DNA of 509 nt from Escherichia coli (GTDB lineage: Bacteria; Pseudomonadota; Gammaproteobacteria; Enterobacterales; Enterobacteriaceae): NCBI RefSeq assembly GCF_003334385.1, contig NZ_QOWN01000173.1; one strand, written 5' to 3'. The notes below the pieces were generated by a model. The model ran no database searches, was not told the DNA's origin, and saw only the letters and a program-made list of their open reading frames with translations. Below are positions 1 through 509 of this stretch, piece by piece. Every line of letters begins with the position of its first letter. Position 1 is the first letter of the stretch. The translations under genes were made by a program, and so were the position numbers.

Positions 1-28
1 GGCTCTTCCGCAACCTGGGTGGAGATTT
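1..28. repeat. Putative right terminal inverted repeat (IRR) of the ISL3-family element; exact inner boundary undetermined
   Basis: Seen in sequence: 1..28 is GGCTCTTCCGCAACCTGGGTGGAGATTT, immediately downstream of the transposase stop on the minus strand. Established knowledge, from memory and not database-checked: several ISL3 members such as IS31831 have IRs starting GGCTCTTCC/G, and family IRs are about 15-40 bp. The left end is not in the window, so the IR length cannot be confirmed by pairing. Confidence 0.45.
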
Positions 29-509
29 TCATGCCAGTGGACTCATTACCCTCTGCCTGAGTAGTTCAAATCCTGCTCGACCATACATCTGGCGTTTCAG
101 CATCTTCAGGCGATTTACATGACCTTCGACAACACCATTACTCCAGCGACTACTGATTGCCTCACATATAGCTGCAGCATCAGCTTCCATCCCCGCCGCC
201 ACGCGCCGAAATTCTGCTGAACCGCTTTCGTGGACTCGAGTGAACCAACTGCTTAGCTGTGATTTATTTTGGGTTTTCAGAATACGGTAGAACTCGAGTG
301 CCAGTTGCTGCGCTATTTTCAGCTCAGGTTCTTTTTCACACATCAGACTAATAAATCGGGAAGCATAATTTTCTTCATCCCTGGTTATTCTCCAGGGCAT
401 CAACCAGCGGCTTACCCGGGACACTGAAGGAAGTCTGACGGCAGTAGTAACCGGTGGGTTCCAGCCTTTACGCCATTTGGCAACCGCATCCCTGACGATG
501 GTTTCACTG
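29..509 (-). CDS. ISL3-family transposase, C-terminal part (DDE_Tnp_ISL3-like); 5'-truncated by the window edge, about 159 codons plus stop visible
   Basis: Seen in sequence: the minus-strand frame runs from the window edge (codon 508..506) to a TGA stop at 31..29 with no in-frame stop. The track's start at 424..422 is GTG, and the same frame upstream reads ...SETIVRDAVAKWRKGWNPPVTTAVRLPS before it. Established knowledge: the C-terminal segment WSNGVVEGHVNRLKMLKRQMYGRAGFELLRQRV (about 44..142) fits the conserved ISL3 transposase C-terminal signature, roughly SNGxxEGxNNxIKxxKRxxYG, which holds the catalytic Glu of the DDE triad (here E in VEG, codon 127..125). ISL3 transposases are about 400-450 aa, so most of the N-terminus lies beyond position 509. 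Confidence 0.85.
   Translation of the reverse strand, partial: SETIVRDAVAKWRKGWNPPVTTAVRLPSVSRVSRWLMPWRITRDEENYASRFISLMCEKEPELKIAQQLALEFYRILKTQNKSQLSSWFTRVHESGSAEFRRVAAGMEADAAAICEAISSRWSNGVVEGHVNRLKMLKRQMYGRAGFELLRQRVMSPLA

Larger units (their letters stand above)
1..509 (-). mobile_element. Partial ISL3-family insertion sequence, right end (transposase 3' region plus terminal inverted repeat); the rest of the element lies beyond position 509
   Basis: Inference from the transposase family assignment plus the terminal sequence. The transposase stop sits about 28 bp from position 1, and ISL3 transposase ORFs typically end at or within the right inverted repeat. The first bases GGCTCTTCC resemble ISL3-family IR termini as I recall them. 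Confidence 0.7.

Noticed and set aside
1-40. Possible outward-facing promoter element or Rho-independent terminator at the IS end, downstream of the transposase stop
   Set aside because: There is no GC-rich hairpin followed by a U-tract on the minus strand after the stop. The only -35-like hexamer, TTGCGG (minus strand, about 13..8), matches TTGACA at just 3 of 6 positions, and any -10 partner would lie in flanking DNA outside the window. This is not supportable from the sequence alone.
171-178. Perfect 8-bp palindrome GCTGCAGC (contains a PstI site); also CCCGGG at 415..420
   Set aside because: These are short palindromes inside coding sequence, expected by chance at this GC content. There are no flanking half-sites or spacing suggestive of an operator.
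235-300. The 9-mer ACTCGAGTG occurs twice (235..243 and 292..300), each containing a CTCGAG (XhoI) site, about 57 bp apart
   Set aside because: Both copies lie inside the transposase coding region in an intact reading frame, with no surrounding repeat structure. A single short 9-mer repeat within 500 bp is consistent with chance or codon-level coincidence and gives no evidence of a regulatory or recombination site.
398-424. GTG at 424..422 or the in-frame ATG at 400..398 as a genuine start of a small 123-131 aa protein
   Set aside because: The frame is continuously open upstream to the window edge, and the product would carry only the C-terminal part of a transposase DDE domain. A truncated window is the simpler explanation than a genuine small gene.
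1-509. A novel or undescribed biological system (defence island, toxin-antitoxin, CRISPR array and the like)
   Set aside because: The entire window is accounted for by one transposase 3' fragment plus the IS terminus. There is no second ORF, repeat array or structured RNA candidate.

Overview
This 509-bp window is the right-hand end of an ISL3-family insertion sequence; I see no novel system here. Its only gene is the 3' portion of a transposase on the minus strand, ending at a TGA stop at 31..29. The ORF track's start at 424 is a GTG, and the frame stays open upstream of it to the window edge at 509, so the CDS is 5'-truncated by the window. The 28 bp beyond the stop (1..28) begin with GGCTCTTCC, which from memory resembles ISL3-family terminal inverted repeats, so position 1 probably coincides with the IS terminus. 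No flanking host DNA, target-site duplication, RNA gene, CRISPR array or cargo gene is visible.
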